The notes under the pieces were generated by a model. The model saw only the letters and a program-made list of their open reading frames with translations, was not told the origin of the DNA and searched no databases. Source: a virus (taxonomy: Duplodnaviria; Heunggongvirae; Uroviricota; Caudoviricetes). Taken from it: a stretch of 64,000 bases of DNA. The translations under genes and the position numbers were made by a program. Below, one piece after another: positions 60,582 to 64,000 of this stretch. The stretch lies in the IMG/VR virus record IMGVR_UViG_2740892229_000011; one strand, written 5' to 3'. Within the stretch, counting starts at the first letter, position 1. Each line of letters starts with the position of its first letter.

Positions 60582-61007
60582 ATGTTAGGTTTCTTCAAAA
60601 AGAAAACTCGTAAAGCAGTTATCGAAGTCAAAAAAATGGAGAACCGTGATGCGGTTGAGGCCACCGTGTGGGGCGCGTACATGATCTCCTATGCCGACGG
60701 CACATGTGACGCAAAAGAAATTGCCATTCTTGAGAAGACAATTGCAGCTCTGCCTGCGTTTTCTCCGTTTGCTGGTGAAATTGCCCAAATGAGCGCCAAT
60801 ATCCGTGCTCGTTACGAAGCGTCCCCTCGTTCTGCTAATGCACAGGCTATTCGTGAGCTGTCTGATATTGCGGGTACTCCAGAGGCGGTCGATGTTCTGT
60901 GTCTGTGCCTTGATATTGCCGATCAGGATGGCATTGGTGAACAAGAAGAGCAGGCACTGAAAAAGATCGCCCAGGCGCTTCAGTTGTCACTGGATGCTTA
61001 TCTCTAA
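60582..61007 (+). CDS. TerB-like (tellurite-resistance TerB domain) protein
   Basis: 'WGAYMISYADGTCDAKEIAILEKTIA...VLCLCLDIADQDGIGEQEEQALKKIAQAL' resembles the TerB helical metal-binding fold as recalled; 141 aa. Confidence 0.5.
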   Translation: MLGFFKKKTRKAVIEVKKMENRDAVEATVWGAYMISYADGTCDAKEIAILEKTIAALPAFSPFAGEIAQMSANIRARYEASPRSANAQAIRELSDIAGTPEAVDVLCLCLDIADQDGIGEQEEQALKKIAQALQLSLDAYL

Positions 61008-61304
61008 TGCTTGAGAGATTCCGGCTTGTGATCGTCATTGCTCTTCTGGTGATGGCGGTGTTGGTGGATTTTACGGGAAAGATGATGTCTGTCATTTCTG
61101 ATGGCGTCCTCATTGGTTTGGCGATCTACTTCGCTTATCCGTTAGTTCGTAAAGCAAAGTGTTAATGACAAGGGCCATTTGGCCCTTGTGTTTCGTTGAC
61201 CGAAATAGAGAGTTTGCACCTTTACGTTTAGCTTGCTCCCCTCATATGCCACATCACAATAAAGCCAATAAGAAAACAACTTGTTTAAGCATTAAGGAAA
61301 ACAC

Positions 61305-61871
61305 ATGTGCGAGAAATGCAAAGCAATAGCTGATGAACAAAACGCCCTATTCGAAGAAATGGATGCTAATGAACTTGTCAAAATGTTAGCCATTCTTCGA
61401 GGAATAGAAGACGTTTCCATATTTGAGAGACTGTTTACAATACTTAATTTTAATTCCACCTTTGAAGAGCCAACTCAGATTGTAGCTTTGGCACACCATT
61501 TCGGTGTTCATTACCTTGCTGAAAAAGAGAGAGTTGATAAGTTGCAAGCGACTTTGGATATGGTGAGCGAGACTCAAGGAACTCATGACGGTAACAAAAG
61601 TGAGACGATTATTGCCAGCAAAGATCGTGAAATTGCCGGGCTTAAATCCTCTCTAATGATGTTGATGTCTGCAATTAACCTTATGTCTTCTAAAGCAGGT
61701 TATAAAATGCCATCACTAAACAGCGACGATCCGATGGCCGTTCGCCAGCTTTTAGGTGCAATGGCCGACCAGCTCGACGACACAAAGAGTCGCCTTGAAG
61801 ACATGATGCGGGAGCTCACGCATCGCCATGACTTGAATAAGCAGCCGCACAAAACGCAATACGCACTCTAA
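61305..61871 (+). CDS. Hypothetical protein
   Basis: 188-aa ORF preceded by the 'agaaaacaacttgtttaa' palindrome. Confidence 0.4.
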   Translation: MCEKCKAIADEQNALFEEMDANELVKMLAILRGIEDVSIFERLFTILNFNSTFEEPTQIVALAHHFGVHYLAEKERVDKLQATLDMVSETQGTHDGNKSETIIASKDREIAGLKSSLMMLMSAINLMSSKAGYKMPSLNSDDPMAVRQLLGAMADQLDDTKSRLEDMMRELTHRHDLNKQPHKTQYAL

Positions 61872-62012
61872 TACTGCACCAGTCGACAGGGGGCGAAAGC
61901 CCCCATTTTTACGCCTTTAATCTGCTGTAACGCCTATGAATACAGCTTTTATGCCTTTTCAAGTTTGCGATAATTACACCAATCAGAAAACAAATTATTT
62001 AATGGTGTAATT

Positions 62013-63701
62013 ATGAATACAGCCCTTTCCATCATCGACGATGCCAGCTCAAACACGGCTATCGACTATCGTCAGGAAATGAATGTCATCCACGAAATCG
62101 TGGCCGAGTGCGAGAAAGAGATCGCCTTCATGTATCAGGTACACGACTTCGTTTATGGCGACGAACGCCACAACATGATTAATCGCCTGCTGAGACTAAA
62201 CCATCGACCAGATGAAGATCGCTCGCGTTTAAATCGAGGTTGGTTGGATAAAGTCGATCTGGAATGGGTGAAACAGAATATTTGGGCCGAGTACTGGAGG
62301 AAGGTCACGGACATGACTAACGTTTTGCTGATCATGCCAGCTTCCCGTCGAGATGAGTGGCGCGAGCAGTTTATAGAGGGCAAACAGGAAGTCATCAAAA
62401 CTGACAGAACCGGCTACCAGATGAAGGTTAAAGAGTTCGTTGGTGTACCGGAGTTCAAAGCAGAAACGGTCATACCCACGATGCTTAATTTGCTGAATGA
62501 CAGGCACAAATATCTCTCTGAGCGCGTGTATGGCTTGTTTAAGGCGCTGAGTCCTGCGCACAAGACAAATAAGACAAACGGTTTCAGCGAGCGTCTGATA
62601 ATCGCTGACTGCATTTCTGATTTCTGGCGGGACAGCGTTAGCGTGAACTATCGCAAAGAGGACTACATCGACGATCTGCGTGTCTTGCTTCATTTCTTCG
62701 CGCACAAAGAATTTATTACCATCAACCGCACTGCTGAGGTGCTATCAGCTGCGTATCGGGCAAACGACTGCCAGACCGGTGACTGGATGAACGTCGATGG
62801 AAATCTGATGCGCGTGAAGATGTTCAAGAACGGCAACGTTCACTTTGAAATACATCCTGACGTGGCCTGGAAGTTGAATGAGGTGCTGGCTTACAGTATG
62901 CCTGCTGCAATCCCCGCGCCATGCCGAACTGCGCCAAAAACACGGGCACCAAAGCAGTTCGGGTTAATCCAGAAGACGATCTCCATGCCGGTTCGCACTG
63001 CGCTTCGTGACGGGCGATTGAGCAAAGACAAAGGCGTATGGTACTTCTCTGATTCAGCTCTCCAGAAGTCGCAGGTGGAAGAGCTTGAGCGCACACTGAG
63101 CTTCATTGGCGGCGTGCAGGAGAAAAAGCACTGGCAGTTCCCGTATGAGATCGGCCATACGCTAAATACGATTGTGGCTACCGGATTAATACCGGATACA
63201 AAATCACACCAGTTCTACCCTACCCCACGCTTGATTGCTGAGTACGTTGCCAGAGCCACTGAATTGAAGCCTGGTGAGAAGCTGCTGGAGCCTCAAGCCG
63301 GACGTGGGGATCTTCTGGCCTATATTAACGCCGATCTGGAAGATGTTACCTGTATAGAAATCGCACCTCTCTTCGCTGATATCCTGCGTGGAAAAGGGTA
63401 TACGAACACGATTTGCTGCGACTTCATAAAGTGGTCTGAGGACAACGCAGGTTATCAGTTCGACAAAATCGTTATGAACCCGCCGTACTCGCTTGGTCGT
63501 CATAGAGAGCACACGATGGCTGCGCTGGGGCATCTGAAAGTCGGCGGGCGTCTTGTAGCAGTATTGCCGGGCACTGCACCAATACTGGACTGGATGACGA
63601 TGGATAATTACGTTTATGCCAGAGGGAAGTCGTTTACCAACGAGTTTGAAGACACAGGGATCACAGTCAGCGTATACGTTTTCAAACGCGTTAAAAGATA
63701 G
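62013..63701 (+). CDS. Two-domain protein: N-terminal domain of unknown function fused to C-terminal N6-adenine DNA methyltransferase
   Basis: C-terminal SAM-binding motif 'LLEPQAGRGDLL' followed by catalytic 'VMNPPYS'; about 400 N-terminal residues without a recognisable motif. Confidence 0.55.
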   Translation: MNTALSIIDDASSNTAIDYRQEMNVIHEIVAECEKEIAFMYQVHDFVYGDERHNMINRLLRLNHRPDEDRSRLNRGWLDKVDLEWVKQNIWAEYWRKVTDMTNVLLIMPASRRDEWREQFIEGKQEVIKTDRTGYQMKVKEFVGVPEFKAETVIPTMLNLLNDRHKYLSERVYGLFKALSPAHKTNKTNGFSERLIIADCISDFWRDSVSVNYRKEDYIDDLRVLLHFFAHKEFITINRTAEVLSAAYRANDCQTGDWMNVDGNLMRVKMFKNGNVHFEIHPDVAWKLNEVLAYSMPAAIPAPCRTAPKTRAPKQFGLIQKTISMPVRTALRDGRLSKDKGVWYFSDSALQKSQVEELERTLSFIGGVQEKKHWQFPYEIGHTLNTIVATGLIPDTKSHQFYPTPRLIAEYVARATELKPGEKLLEPQAGRGDLLAYINADLEDVTCIEIAPLFADILRGKGYTNTICCDFIKWSEDNAGYQFDKIVMNPPYSLGRHREHTMAALGHLKVGGRLVAVLPGTAPILDWMTMDNYVYARGKSFTNEFEDTGITVSVYVFKRVKR

Positions 63702-63760
63702 GTAAATACTTACTTAATTTGTGTAAGAATGTAGTTACTAAACGATAAGAGAAAAACACA

Positions 63761-64000
63761 TGAACAACCTCCAGTTAGAGCATTTTAACGTCACAGGCCA
63801 TTCTGATTTTCCTTTCAAGTTTACATTGAAAGGTTATGCAGAGGATGCGGTAGGCCAGATCATTATTGATAAAGGCATCGTTAAGTTTGAGGGGAATTTT
63901 GATGAATCCGCGAAAACATTCATAGACTTCGTTGCCAAACGTTGGAGCGAGCAATGGAAAGACCTGGAAAAGCGCGCTAGTGAGTTTGATCGGTTCATGG
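63761..64000 (+). CDS. Hypothetical protein, 3' end truncated by window edge
   Basis: ORF opens at ATG 63761 after 'aagagaaaaacacatg' and is still open at nt 64000. Confidence 0.4.

Overview
This window reads as part of a phage-plasmid: a P1-type plasmid replicon and partition genes sit alongside phage tail-fibre, lysis, lysogeny and T4-like DNA-metabolism genes. The closest organisational match is the SSU5 / pHCM2 / pMT1-like lineage of Enterobacteriaceae, but that placement is inference from gene content, not a database hit. All calls come from reading the sequence and the supplied ORF translations by eye; no searches or folding were run. Main blocks, in order: a 5'-truncated tail-fibre gene (1-3057), a putative lysis cassette with overlapping Rz/Rz1 spanins (4.3-5.7 kb), ParA plus a small partner (7.2-8.3 kb), an AT-rich KAP-type P-loop NTPase island (8.3-10.1 kb), DnaB-like helicase and primase (11-13.6 kb), an IS100-like IS21-family element with a perfect 5-bp duplication splitting a Sel1-repeat gene in frame (13.6-16.7 kb), ATP-dependent ligase, a largely ORF-free structured region feeding a four-tRNA array (20.7-22.4 kb), glutaredoxin, tyrosine integrase and a convergent HTH repressor, a CobT-like vWA / CobS-like AAA pair, DnaE-like polymerase, gp32-like SSB, 5' nuclease, a RecA homologue carrying a LAGLIDADG intein in its P-loop, an SPFH protein, the RepA replicon with two iteron arrays plus GATC repeats and a DnaA-box-like site (40.4-42.4 kb), SbcCD, RuvC-like resolvase, NrdAB, an enlarged thymidylate-synthase homologue, DHFR, a P-loop kinase, DnaQ-like exonuclease, Dam-like methylase, RNase HI, TerB, and a 562-aa methyltransferase fusion. 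The most interesting candidates for undescribed biology are the KAP NTPase island, two dispersed palindromic motif families that look like a repressor regulon, the intein-bearing RecA, and the ORF-free structured regions at 20.7-21.5 kb and 58.5-59.0 kb.
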